Part shown: positions 37,485-47,963 of the stretch, piece by piece | Numbering within the stretch: the first letter of the stretch is position 1 | Layout of the letters: each line of letters starts with the position of its first letter | Made by a program: the position numbers and the translations under genes | NCBI GenBank assembly: GCA_977862235.1 | Contig: OZ374559.1 | Span: 1,922,001 to 1,986,000, forward strand | Direction of reading: 5' to 3' | Length of the DNA: 64,000 bases | From: Dudresnaya verticillata | Lineage: Eukaryota | Notes under the pieces: generated by a model | Database searches by the model: none | Told to the model about the DNA's origin: nothing | Seen by the model: the letters and a program-made list of their open reading frames with translations, nothing else

Positions 37485-38324
37485 ATGGCTTCTCTCTCGG
37501 GCTCTTTCGTGGCGGCGCTAGTCCTCCTTACTGCGGTTGCGCAGACATTTGCAATTGACTGCAGTGACCCAGAATCGCGTAACGCTGTTCAGTGTCGCAA
37601 CTCGTACCTAGACGGGGGCTCGGGGAACGACGTGTACCGTCTGTCGTCTGGCAGCAGCCGGAAGGTGTTCATCCGGGACTCGGGCGGGTACGACACGCTG
37701 ATAATCGCTGGGAGCGTGATATCCAAGCCGACGCGCATCGGCGACTCGCTGCGCATCAACCAAGACGGGCGGCCGATCACGATCGTGGACCACTATGGCT
37801 CGGGGCGGATGGAGAAGATCGAGTACGACATTAACATCGCGCCGCCGTCAGGGTCGTCTGACGACAACGACGCGTTCGTGCTGGCCAAAAAGGTCGACCC
37901 GCAGATTCTGGAGGGCTTCACCATGCGCGTGGACGGGAGCTTCACGGCGCGCAACGGGGACGTTACTGCTGTCGGGCAGTACCGCAACATTGGCGGAGGC
38001 GTGCACACGGCGGCTGTCAACCTGTACGAGGGCGGTAGCAAGATTGGCGACATCAACGGCAGGGCGGACATGAACTATGGGACTGTTACGTACACGCTGA
38101 AATCGGATAAGGGGTCGCTTGTGTTCGAGGGGAGGGCGGCCATGTATGGCACGAACATGCTTGCGGAGTATCGCGCCACCATGCTTGACGGCGATGGAAG
38201 GGATATGAACGATGATGATGATGACGACGACCGCGACGACAACGACCCGTTTGGGAACGGACCCGCTACTGGGCCCGGCGATGGGTGGGGCGACGGCCCT
38301 GGGGGGCGCGACGGCGCTGTGTAA
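37485..38324 (+). CDS. Secreted protein with RTX/haemolysin-type Ca-binding-related domain, 279 aa (paralog 2)
   Basis: Same architecture as paralog 1; YLDGGSGNDVY; identical final GPGDGWGDGPGGRDGAV. Confidence 0.85.
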   Translation: MASLSGSFVAALVLLTAVAQTFAIDCSDPESRNAVQCRNSYLDGGSGNDVYRLSSGSSRKVFIRDSGGYDTLIIAGSVISKPTRIGDSLRINQDGRPITIVDHYGSGRMEKIEYDINIAPPSGSSDDNDAFVLAKKVDPQILEGFTMRVDGSFTARNGDVTAVGQYRNIGGGVHTAAVNLYEGGSKIGDINGRADMNYGTVTYTLKSDKGSLVFEGRAAMYGTNMLAEYRATMLDGDGRDMNDDDDDDDRDDNDPFGNGPATGPGDGWGDGPGGRDGAV

Positions 38325-38854
38325 AGGGTGTGTCTTGGTGCAGAGACTAAGTCGTAGTTTGAGAACGTGCTTTTGCCGTAGAGAAAGGAAGCTTTGCATC
38401 TCTTCGTCAGCCAACTCGCTCAAAGAAAGCCGCCGCGTATCCTCTGTCTTACGATGAGCCGACTCCGCTCCATTGCATTGCTGCGCGCTCAACCTTTTCC
38501 GATTCCACACCTTTGCGCAAAAGAGCGACGGCAGCGCTGCGCGCCCGCCCCGCCCGCTGCCATCCGCAGTCGCGCGGCCTTCGCGATGCGTCCCGCAGCC
38601 ACCGCCCCGCGCCCACCGCGCCGTCGTCGACGACAACCGCGCCGCGCCGTTCGCGACAGCTGCCCTCGCCGCCAATTCCAAGTCTGCACGGCCGCCGCCG
38701 GCGCCTGCTCGAATTCAACGCGCGCCGCGCGCCCCCCGCGCGCCGCTTAACCGCGCGCGCTTCCTCCCGCCAGCTCGGCCCCGACCAGCCCCCGCCGGCG
38801 TCGAAGCCACCCGTCGCCGCCTTCCCCGCCGTCGCCGCCTTCCCCATCGCCGCC

Positions 38855-40405
38855 ATGCGCGCCGCCCGCCGCATCGCGCCGCTCGTGCGCGCCGCCGTGC
38901 TGCTGCAGCTGCTTCCGCGCTTGTCGCGCGCCGCGCCGGGCGCGGCGCACGCGGTGCGCGCGTCGAGCTCGCGCTTCGACCAGCCGTGGCGCGCGCCGCC
39001 GCGCGTGCACATGCCGTCGCTGGCGGAGTCGCGCCACCGCGTGCTGTACTCGCCGGTGCGCGTGGCGGTGTCGGACGGGCTGGGGCACGGGCTGGCTACG
39101 ATGAACGCCGACGTGTCCACGGCCATTCGCCTGGGCGTCACGTACACGCACCGCGTCGCCAAGTACGGCTCGCTCGTCCCGGCCCCGGCGCTGCTCGCGT
39201 CGCTGTCCGAGCGCGAGACCCGGGAGCACGTGGCTGGCCTCTCCGCGGAGGCCGGTGCTGTCGAGGGCTTCTTCGCGTGGGGCGTCGGCGAGGTCCCCCG
39301 CGAGGCTGTGCAGGAGGCGGTTTGTCCCGACGTTGACAAGCGCGTCTTGGCGTGCAAGCTGTGCCCGCTGGGGCGTGTCAAGAATGGCTCTGCGAATGCC
39401 ATGCTCAAGTTGACGCAAGTTGTTGAGGTGCCCGAGGAGTTGTCGTACCGCTGGGTGTACCGCGCCACCGCCGCCGTGAATCGCACGTTGGACGCCTTTT
39501 TGCGCAAGCACTCGCAGCCGGGCACCGTGTTCCAGATGCCGAAAGTTCGCTGCGACAAGTCGCCCGCCTACTCCAAGTTCAGCCCGGAGAGCCGCTCGTT
39601 TTTCTTCCACAAGTACTGGGACGCGCACCAGGCGCGGCCTCGTCGCGGCCCGCACCACCCGGCCGCGATGCGGCTGTACCGCTCGTCGTGGGTTGGCACG
39701 CTGCGCATCCCGGGCGTGCCTCCGCGCGCAAAACTGGTGCGGCTGCGCGAGCACGAGCTGACCATCGCCGTGCACGCACGACGCGGGGACTTTTTCCGTG
39801 CCGGGCGGCCCATGGTGTCCATCGCGGCGTTTGCGCGCGTCGTGAGAAAGGTCGTGCACGAGGTGCGGCGTCAGAACGGGACGTTTGCGCGCATGCCCGT
39901 GGCCATCAATGTGTACAGCGAGGGCCTGCCCAAGAAGGGGCTCAACCACAAGGTCGGACACGACGTGACGCGGCTCACACGCGAGTTTCGAGATCCCGAT
40001 GGCCGCGTGCTGGACGTGGCCGCGGTGACGCGGGAGTTTCGCGAAGCTGGCCGCGACAAGTTTGGGAACGTGTACGCGAACGGGCTCAAGGTGGCGCTGC
40101 GTGTTTCGGAGGACACTCTGTTGTGCTTGCACGAGATGATCGCGGCCGATGTGTTTGTTGGAAGCGCGTCGGGGATGAGCCAGCACCTGGTGGGGAGTCT
40201 CTCGCGCGGCGCTATGCAGATTTTGCCAAAGCGGTATGAGCGGCCGCATGAGTGGCATGGGCATGTGGAGTTTGACCAGACGACGGGGGAGCTCGCTCCG
40301 GAAGAGTTGGTGCTTATGAGCAACTACTGGCGGGAGTTTGAGAAGGCGAATGCGGGTTCTGCGCAAAGGGCTTTGGAGACCTTTCGACGGTCGAAGCAAC
40401 TGTGA
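38855..40405 (+). CDS. Fucosyltransferase-like glycosyltransferase (GT11/GT23/NodZ-type motifs), 516 aa
   Basis: GCCATG start; hydrophobic N-terminus; DGLGHG, IAVHARRGDF, VYSEG, MIAADVFVGSASGMS; strong GC3 bias. Confidence 0.75.
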   Translation: MRAARRIAPLVRAAVLLQLLPRLSRAAPGAAHAVRASSSRFDQPWRAPPRVHMPSLAESRHRVLYSPVRVAVSDGLGHGLATMNADVSTAIRLGVTYTHRVAKYGSLVPAPALLASLSERETREHVAGLSAEAGAVEGFFAWGVGEVPREAVQEAVCPDVDKRVLACKLCPLGRVKNGSANAMLKLTQVVEVPEELSYRWVYRATAAVNRTLDAFLRKHSQPGTVFQMPKVRCDKSPAYSKFSPESRSFFFHKYWDAHQARPRRGPHHPAAMRLYRSSWVGTLRIPGVPPRAKLVRLREHELTIAVHARRGDFFRAGRPMVSIAAFARVVRKVVHEVRRQNGTFARMPVAINVYSEGLPKKGLNHKVGHDVTRLTREFRDPDGRVLDVAAVTREFREAGRDKFGNVYANGLKVALRVSEDTLLCLHEMIAADVFVGSASGMSQHLVGSLSRGAMQILPKRYERPHEWHGHVEFDQTTGELAPEELVLMSNYWREFEKANAGSAQRALETFRRSKQL

Positions 40406-40760
40406 AGTCGTGGGCGTAGGGGAAAGGGAGTGGCGAGTGTGCGCGGCTGGAGCTGCTGCTGCCGGGGATACGGAAAAGACGCCCCGACCCGCCTGTGCGT
40501 TGTTAGGCTTTGGCATTCCTCGGCGATTGCAAGTGCATCGCGCCGGCAACGGATGCACTGCGCTTGTTGTTTAGTTGGTGAGATAATCGCCAACTTGTCA
40601 GGTATTTAGACCACAGACAGACAGCTGCATGATTGCAGCAGCCATGTGCTCAGCACGGTGGGTGGGAGCAGACTCTCGCTACCGACTCGCGCTCCAAAAC
40701 GCCACGGCGGGGCAGAGAACACGCCCAAACACATACACACAAACACACACACGCCAAACT

Positions 40761-40963
40761 TGCTGCTGCTGCTGCTGCTGCTGCTGCTTTACCAAAGCGA
40801 TAGTCGCAGCTCGAGTCTCGTGGCCGGCTTGTTTGCAGGTATTAGAGAGGGAGAGGGAGAGGGAGAGAGAGAGAGAGAGAGAAACTCCAGTTATCAGCTT
40901 GCTCGAACAATGTCTATCCACCCACACGCCGCACTAGCTAAGAAGAAGAAGAAGAAGAAGAAA
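40761..40963. repeat. Microsatellite cluster (CTG)n, (GA/GAGAGG)n, (AAG)n between convergent genes
   Basis: Direct reading at 40761-40787, 40843-40882 and 40940-40963. Confidence 0.9.
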
Positions 40964-41028
40964 AGAGTAGCGTGAGAGATAGAGACAGACAGCATATGGT
41001 TGCAACAGTACAAACACACCGCGAGCCA

Positions 41029-43043
41029 TCACACCGTGCTAACGAGCCAGCGCAACCAGCTACGTTCCCGCAGCACGCACTCTCTCCGTGCCACCTCGGC
41101 AGCGCAAACCTCTCCATGATTCGCGGCGTGCATGGTAACGCCGAGAAAGTCATGCGCAAACACATCGCTCCCGCACCGCCCTTTGAACCCGACCGGCTCA
41201 TCCAGCCGCAACGTGCATGGCCCGACCTCCTCGCACAGCTCTTGCATGAACACCTCGCGCCCATGCCATCTCATCACGTGGAAACTCGTCGCGCACAGCT
41301 CGCTCCCCACGGTGCCATTCTGCCATTGCAAGCACAGCATCTCCACACGCCGCGGCGACATCCATCGGCGCGGGTGCCACTGCACTCTCAGCCCATGCTG
41401 TTGCTTGACCAGATCGACAAAGTCCATGCCCGACAGGCGACTCGACGTGCCCACGCAGGCAGCCTGGCCGCCGTCGCCGCCGTCGGAGCGTCCGGGGCTC
41501 GGCGCCGGGCTGGCCGGGGCCGAAGTCGACGGCGAAGGGGAGGGCGACGGGGCGACGGGGCGCGCCGCGGTCGTGAGCAACAGCTGCGGGTACGCGGCCT
41601 GCGGCGACGACGGCAGGCCCGAGTCTGTGCCGACGGTGTACACAACGTCGCCGTCGACGGCCATTGCGGCGGGGTCCCAGCGCTCGCGCAGCTCGCTCTG
41701 CACGATGGAGACGACGCGGTGGCGCGGCGTGACGACGAGCAGGGCCGGGCGGCCGTTGGAGAAGGAGCGAAACTTTTGCGTGTACGCGTCATCCGAGCGG
41801 TTGAGCAGCTCGGCGGAGTGCAGCAGCAGCAGAAGGCCGGGGCCTGCGGAGGACGGCGCGACCACGGCGGCGGCGCGCACGTCGGTGCGGGCCGTGCGCG
41901 TGTACACAACGTCCTGCTCAATGGTGCGCGCGAGCACGGCGGGCAGGTCGGGCGCGAGCGGCCACGCGGCCGGGGCCAGCGCCGGCAGCGCGTGGTGGCG
42001 CACGACGAGCTGCTCGCGGTTGTTGGTGCGCGAGACGTACGCGGCGTACACGCCGGCGTCGGACGCGGCTAGCGACAGCGACGTTTGCAGGTGGCGCGGC
42101 AGATCGACCGGCGCTGTGAGCGCGGCCAGCGTGGACGGGTGCAGCGCAAACAGCGTGGGCGTGAACGAGTGCACAAAGGCCGACACGGTCTGGCGGCGCG
42201 CCGCGACGTACACGGCGTGGCGCGACGCGTCCACGGCCCAGAAGCGGTCCTCCACGAGCGCGGGCGGCGCGGCGGCGGGGTCCGACGGGGTCGGCGGCGG
42301 CGGCAGCGCGAGTGCGGCGACGGTGACCAGGTCGGACGCGCGCGCGCGCGCCAGCACCAGGCCGGCCGTGCGCGGCGGCGCGGCCGCGAAGGCCGGGTGC
42401 TCTGGCGCGGCGCGCAGCACCAGCAGCAGGTGGTCGCCGTCGGCGGCGGCGAAGCGCGCCGCGAGGTAGGCGCCCGCCACGCGCGCGGGCGCGGCGCGGC
42501 GCGCGGCGCCGTCCGCGGCCGAGTACGCGGCGAGGTGGGCCTCGGGCGCGTCCGGCGCCGATGCGGACACGGCCGACGTGGCCAGGAAGAGCGTGGGGCG
42601 CGGCGCGGCGTCCGCGGCCAGCGCGACGCGCGTGTCGCGCGCGGGCAGCCACGCCGCGCGCACGGCCCACAGCGGCGCGGCGGAGGCGTTGGACGCGGCG
42701 GCGGCGGCGGCGGCGGCGGGCGCGGCGACGGCGGCGAGGAAGGCGGCCGACGCGGCGGACGGCGGGCGCGCGGCGAGCAGCGGCGAGTCGGACACGCGCG
42801 GCGGCGCGGCGCCGCCCGGCGTGGTGACCACGCCGGCGAGGTAGAGCACGCGGCCGCGCGCGACGACGGCGTGCAGCGACGACGCGGCCGGCGGCGGGAA
42901 CAGCGCGGCCAGGGCGTTTGTGGCGAACGGCGGGGCGGCGGCGGCGGCGGCGCGCGGCGCGCGCGCGGTTGGCACGGCCGCGGACGGGCGCGCGAGGAGG
43001 AGGAGGAGGGCGGCGAGGACGGCGACGGCGACGGCGGATGTCA

Positions 43044-43044
<1 letters not shown>
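41029..43044 (-). CDS. Secreted protein, 671 aa: Ala-rich N-terminal region, Pro/Ser linker, Cys-rich Hint-like C-terminal domain
   Basis: GCCATG start; signal MTSAVAVAVLAALLLLLARPSAA; PSPSPSPS linker; ACVGTSSRL...LCATSFH. Confidence 0.75.
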
Positions 43045-43082
<38 letters not shown>

Positions 43083-44732
43083 GCGGCGAGGCGGCGTGGC
43101 GGCGGCGGCGTGTGCGCAGGCGGCGGCGGCGCTGCAGACGCGCGCGCGGGCGCGGCTCCTTAACCGCGCGCGCGCGGCGGCGGCGGCGGCGGCGGGGAGC
43201 CGCGGCATTGCGTGGCGGCGGCGGCGATGTTTTGGCGGCGGCGGGGCGGGAGGGCGCGGTGCGGGAGGGCGGCGGGCGGTGACCGGCGCGGCGGGCGGGC
43301 GCGGCGGGCGGGCGCGTTGCGGCGGGGCGCGCCGCGGCGGGAGCGGCGGGGCTGCTCGCGCACACGTGTGCACGCGGCCACGCGGCCACGCGGCCACGCG
43401 GCCACGCGCACACGCGCACGCGTGTCCACGTGGCGCGCGGCGTGACGCGCCCGTGACGCGGCGCTGTAACCTTTTTGCACAGACGCGCGCGGCGGCTTCG
43501 GAAGGTAATTCGAGTACGAGCGCACTCGCGCGGCGCGCGGCGAGAGAGACTTTGCGCGGAAGTCGTCATACAGCGCGGCTGTCAACAGCGCGTGCTTGGG
43601 ACGTTGTCTCTCTCCACGCGCTGAACCGCAGCCGCCGGGGCCTCTCCCTCTCCCTCTCTCTTTGCGCGGCACGCGCTTCTCCCTTACTACCACAGCGCCA
43701 CCGCCGCGCCAGCGGCTCCGTCGCGCGCGCCTGCGCCGGGATTATACGCCGGCCAGCAGGCGGCGAGCGCCAGCCTTGCAGCGCAGAGAAACGTCGGCGG
43801 AAGCCTGGCGCGCGGCGGCGGCGCTGGCGCGGTGGTGGCAGCCGCGCCGCCACTGCGCAGCCGTGTGACGCACGCACAGCCGGCGAACGCGGCACTCGGT
43901 CGCGCGTGCGCGCATCTCGCTTGCAAGCTTGGAAGCACGCGGCGCGGCGCAGCGAGAACATTCCCTTGCCCGACCGGCATTGATCCACTGCATCCACTCC
44001 GTCCGCGCACCCGAGCCCTGTCACGCTGGGGAGCGAGCGAGCGAGCGAGCGGGCGGGCGCGCGAGTGGGCGGGCGACGGGGGGAGGGAGGGAGCCGCTGA
44101 GAAAGCCTTTGAAGCACCGCGAGACGGAGACCATGCAACGCTGCAAGCTGTAGGCGCGCGTGCCTGCGTGCCTGCGTGCCTGCGTGCCTGCCGTGTCTCA
44201 CGCCCCTGCGTCTCACATCGTCTTTGAATCTTTCAAGTTGCACACACACACACACACAACTCAATATAAAGCCCTGTCGGAACTTGAACAACACGTGACA
44301 CACCGCACCGCCCGCACCACCCCCTCGGTCCTCGGTGCTCTTGTAGTAAGGTCACACACACGCACTTACGCAGACATATATATCCCGTCGACGACAAACC
44401 GACCGCCTCTAATAATCCCACTGTTTCATACTTCCTGCTGTCGATCAATCATCGCACACAACTGCTTCAACCATACTTTGTGCACTGTTATACGCAATAT
44501 CTCACCCAAACACACAATCTCGCTCACCCCTACCATTACCCCCCGACACCGACACCGACACCGCCACCTTTTTTTCCATTTCCCTATAAAAACCTCCCTC
44601 CGAGCCCCTCGTCCCCTCACCCCATCACCACCACCACCTCCACCAAAGGCTTCACCTCAATTGCCCCAGCTTCAACGACAACAACAACAAAAAAAAACCA
44701 AAACCCTTTGCTCACTCTCACACCAAAGCACC

Positions 44733-47700
44733 ATGCCGGTCTGCTCCACCCGCCCCGTTCTGGGCGACAAGGCCCCGATCCGCCAGATGCAGGCCTTTCT
44801 CAACAAGGCCGGCCCCTACTCCATCCCGGAGGACGGCGTCTTCGGCCCCAACACCGACAACACCGTCAAGGACTGGCAGAAGAAGAACGGCCTGATCGTC
44901 GACGGCAAGGTCGCCAACCAGACCTGGCCCACGCTGTGCGACGCGGCATGCAAGCTGCGCCCCACCCTGGCCCACGCCTCGCCCAACAAGAAATCCGTCG
45001 CAGAGATGCAGACCCTGCTCAACAAGGCCGGCGGGTACTCCATGCCGGCCGACGGAGACTTTGGCAACAACACCGTCGCCAAGGTCAAGGACTGGCAGCG
45101 CCGCAATGGCCTTGCCGTCGACGGCGTCGTCGCCGCGCAAACCTGGCCCACGCTTTGTGAGTGCAGGGCTTGCAAGGTCCGTCCGAGACTGGTCCGCGGT
45201 TCCAACGACAAGGTTGCCGTCCTGCAGATGCAGGCTCTGCTCAACAACATTGGCGGCTACCGCATTCCTGAGGATGGCGATTTCGGTGGAAACACTCAAA
45301 ACACCGTCAAGGACTGGCAGGCCAAGAACAAGCTCATCGTCGATGGAGTCGTCGCCGGTCAGACCTGGCCTACCCTGTGTGACACCGTTTGCAAAACCAA
45401 GCCCAGGCTGTCTAAAGGGTACGATGCCTACGGTCAGGTCCGCCAGACCCAAGTCTTGCTCAATGCTGCAGGAGGCTACACTCTTTCGTTGGATGGCGAT
45501 TTTGGCAACCAGACAGACAGAACCGTCAGGGACTGGCAGACCAAGAATGGGCTCATCGTGGACGGAATTGTCGGAAACCAGACGTGGCCTACTCTTTGTG
45601 ACCCGATCTGCAAGTCGCGCCCTTCTTTGTCGAAAGGATCACCCAACAAGCGTGGAGTCAAGGAGATGCAGACCCTATTGAACGACAAGGGTGGCTACAA
45701 CATGCCAGTAGACGGAGACTTTGGCAACAACACTGACGGCAAAGTCAGGGATTGGCAGAAGAGGAATGGCCTTGCCGTTGACGGTGTTGTTGGCGCTCAA
45801 ACTTGGCCGACCCTGTGCGATGAATCTCAAGCTTGCAAGACCCGTCCGAGACTGCAAAAAGGATCTGCTGACAAGAGAGCCGTTCTCGAGATGCAAGCAG
45901 CGCTGAACAAGGCTGGTGGCTACAGCATTCCCGAGGACGGTTTGTTCGGAGGCAATACTGAGAATACCGTCAAGGACTGGCAGAACAAGAATGGTCGCGT
46001 AGTGGATGGCATTGTTGGAGGGCAGACATGGCCCACTCTGTGCGACTGCGTTTGTGAGGTCCGTCCGGTTTTGGGAGACAAGGCTCTCATTAAGGAGATG
46101 CAGGCCTTGTTGAACAAGGCTGGTGGGTATCATATCCCCGAGGATGGTATCTATGGAAGCAACACAGAGAAGACCGTCAAGGACTGGCAAACGAAGAGTG
46201 GCATTTTCGCAAGTGGCATCGTTGGGCCTGCCACATGGGATACTCTTTGCACCGACAGTCTCATTACAGATGCTGTCAAGGGGCTAGACTCTGAGATGGA
46301 TGCGCTAAAGCCCAAGCTGGAGCGCTTCAGGAATCTCGACTTCTTTATTCTCGACAACTCGATCCGCGAGTGCACTGTTGGCCAGCTCCGTAGCCATACC
46401 ATTGAGAACAAGAAGAAGATATACGCCGAGAGCAAAAAGTGTCACATGCATAGCATGATTGTCGCTTCATTTGCGCAACTGCACCGCGTTGACGACGAGT
46501 TTTGCCAGTGGCTCAAGGACTCTGGCGAGGATTTCTCCAAGCTCTTCTCCTTTTCCGAGGTGACTGAGGGCGTCAAGGACGGGCGGTTTATTACCGACGA
46601 GGTCCCAATCTCGCTTAAAAAGAACAAGACGTTCGGCCTGTACAATACTTTCTTTGAGGTCGACCTAGCAGACAGCAGAGTCGAGTGGGGAACCAAATGG
46701 TCCGTGCATGATATGTGCAAGTTGATAGAGAAATGGATGGACTGGGTGTTCGACAATATTCACAAGGACGCACGCATCCTCATCAACTTTCGAGATTTGC
46801 CCGCTGTCATGGTCCAGGCCCCGGAACGTATCCTAGCAGTCGTCGAGTTTCTCTCCAAAATGCCAGAGGATCGGCGTATGTTTGCCCTTGCGTATGAGGA
46901 CCCTATGGGTGAGAGCCTGCCGGCAGAGATGGCGGCCTGGACGAGGGCAATTCGCAACGTTATGACCGCTTCTGGTTGGAATGGGCGTTTGTTGAACCAC
47001 ATTCATGAAAAGTGGGAGTTCCAAACCTCAGCAACAATGGAGTGTTTGGCCGCAGGAGGTGACGGTGTTTGGGCAGGTATGTGCGTAGAAGGCGCAGCTA
47101 TGGGGCACGCTAGTTCGACGGTAACGCTGCTGAATTTGGTGCGTCTCGGCAATCAGAAGGTACTCAAGACGTATAATTGCACAGGGTTCCGCAATTCTGC
47201 TATCGAGGTGACCAAGTTGACGACGACAAAGAAGCCACACCCCAAACAATGTGTGTATGGAGAACGTGCGCTAGATCTGGTGTTCGGATTCCTCGGAGTT
47301 GGTGACTTCAACCTCGGAGATTTCTTCGGGGAACGCACGGAAAATAGAATGACGACTCTGGCTACACCGCAAATGATCGTCGATCGGTTGACGTTCCTGT
47401 TCGGTGCCGACCCGCAGTTTACGCTCGAAATGGGGGAGAAGATGAAGGTGAAGATGTTGGATGATCTCAACTCGACGCCTCCCAGGAAGGAGGAATATCA
47501 GAGCGCCATGGGTTTGGCAGTGTTACTCGATCGAACCGGCGGGAAGTTAACTGGGAAGATGAGTGACGCAATTGCAGCTGTGGAGGATCATCAGGAGAGT
47601 CACAAGCGAATTATTGCCGAGATTCGAGAGTTGTGGGACGAGTGGGATATGAAGGAGACGCACAAGAAGGATGACGCGTTGCAGTTTGACTCGTTCTACA

Positions 47701-47963
47701 ATGCATTCTTGTCGCCATACTTTGGGTGCTACCGCTGCGCAGATACGAAGCAGGCTATGAGTGCAATCGACATGGATGATGATCACTGCGTAGACTGGAA
47801 TGAGTTCCTAGTGTACATCAAGTGGGCGCTCGCGGAGAAGCCCAACGTTGCCTATTCGGATGAGGTGCTTGAGATGGCGATTCAGGAGGGATTGATCCCC
47901 GCGATGCGCGACGAGAAGATCAAGAATCAGGAGTCTCACAGCGGGTTCCGCCACCTGCCGTAG
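44733..47963 (+). CDS. 7x peptidoglycan-binding domain (PGBD-like) + DRE-TIM metallolyase-like barrel + EF-hand, 1076 aa
   Basis: CACCATG start; seven roughly 72-aa repeats (MQxLLN...DGxFGxNT...VKDWQ...GLxVDGxVxxQTW); FILDNSIRE, HIH and GAAMG; EF loop DMDDDHCVDWNE. Confidence 0.92.
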   Translation: MPVCSTRPVLGDKAPIRQMQAFLNKAGPYSIPEDGVFGPNTDNTVKDWQKKNGLIVDGKVANQTWPTLCDAACKLRPTLAHASPNKKSVAEMQTLLNKAGGYSMPADGDFGNNTVAKVKDWQRRNGLAVDGVVAAQTWPTLCECRACKVRPRLVRGSNDKVAVLQMQALLNNIGGYRIPEDGDFGGNTQNTVKDWQAKNKLIVDGVVAGQTWPTLCDTVCKTKPRLSKGYDAYGQVRQTQVLLNAAGGYTLSLDGDFGNQTDRTVRDWQTKNGLIVDGIVGNQTWPTLCDPICKSRPSLSKGSPNKRGVKEMQTLLNDKGGYNMPVDGDFGNNTDGKVRDWQKRNGLAVDGVVGAQTWPTLCDESQACKTRPRLQKGSADKRAVLEMQAALNKAGGYSIPEDGLFGGNTENTVKDWQNKNGRVVDGIVGGQTWPTLCDCVCEVRPVLGDKALIKEMQALLNKAGGYHIPEDGIYGSNTEKTVKDWQTKSGIFASGIVGPATWDTLCTDSLITDAVKGLDSEMDALKPKLERFRNLDFFILDNSIRECTVGQLRSHTIENKKKIYAESKKCHMHSMIVASFAQLHRVDDEFCQWLKDSGEDFSKLFSFSEVTEGVKDGRFITDEVPISLKKNKTFGLYNTFFEVDLADSRVEWGTKWSVHDMCKLIEKWMDWVFDNIHKDARILINFRDLPAVMVQAPERILAVVEFLSKMPEDRRMFALAYEDPMGESLPAEMAAWTRAIRNVMTASGWNGRLLNHIHEKWEFQTSATMECLAAGGDGVWAGMCVEGAAMGHASSTVTLLNLVRLGNQKVLKTYNCTGFRNSAIEVTKLTTTKKPHPKQCVYGERALDLVFGFLGVGDFNLGDFFGERTENRMTTLATPQMIVDRLTFLFGADPQFTLEMGEKMKVKMLDDLNSTPPRKEEYQSAMGLAVLLDRTGGKLTGKMSDAIAAVEDHQESHKRIIAEIRELWDEWDMKETHKKDDALQFDSFYNAFLSPYFGCYRCADTKQAMSAIDMDDDHCVDWNEFLVYIKWALAEKPNVAYSDEVLEMAIQEGLIPAMRDEKIKNQESHSGFRHLP

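Noticed and set aside
38449..43983. Long Arg/Ala/Gly-rich antisense and alternate-frame ORFs (e.g. 38747-40558, 42085-43983)
   Set aside because: Shadow ORFs caused by stop-codon scarcity in very GC-rich DNA.
44160..44732. N-terminal extensions in the ORF track (also 38513, 43569, 34499, 37458, 780)
   Set aside because: Mostly non-ATG starts and/or low-complexity translation; downstream ATGs have good context or begin signal peptides.
44742..46255. CRISPR array or bacterial contamination
   Set aside because: Repeats are in-frame protein repeats; the context (RBR ligase, CK1 kinases, TATA boxes, microsatellites) is eukaryotic, with no operon structure or cas genes.
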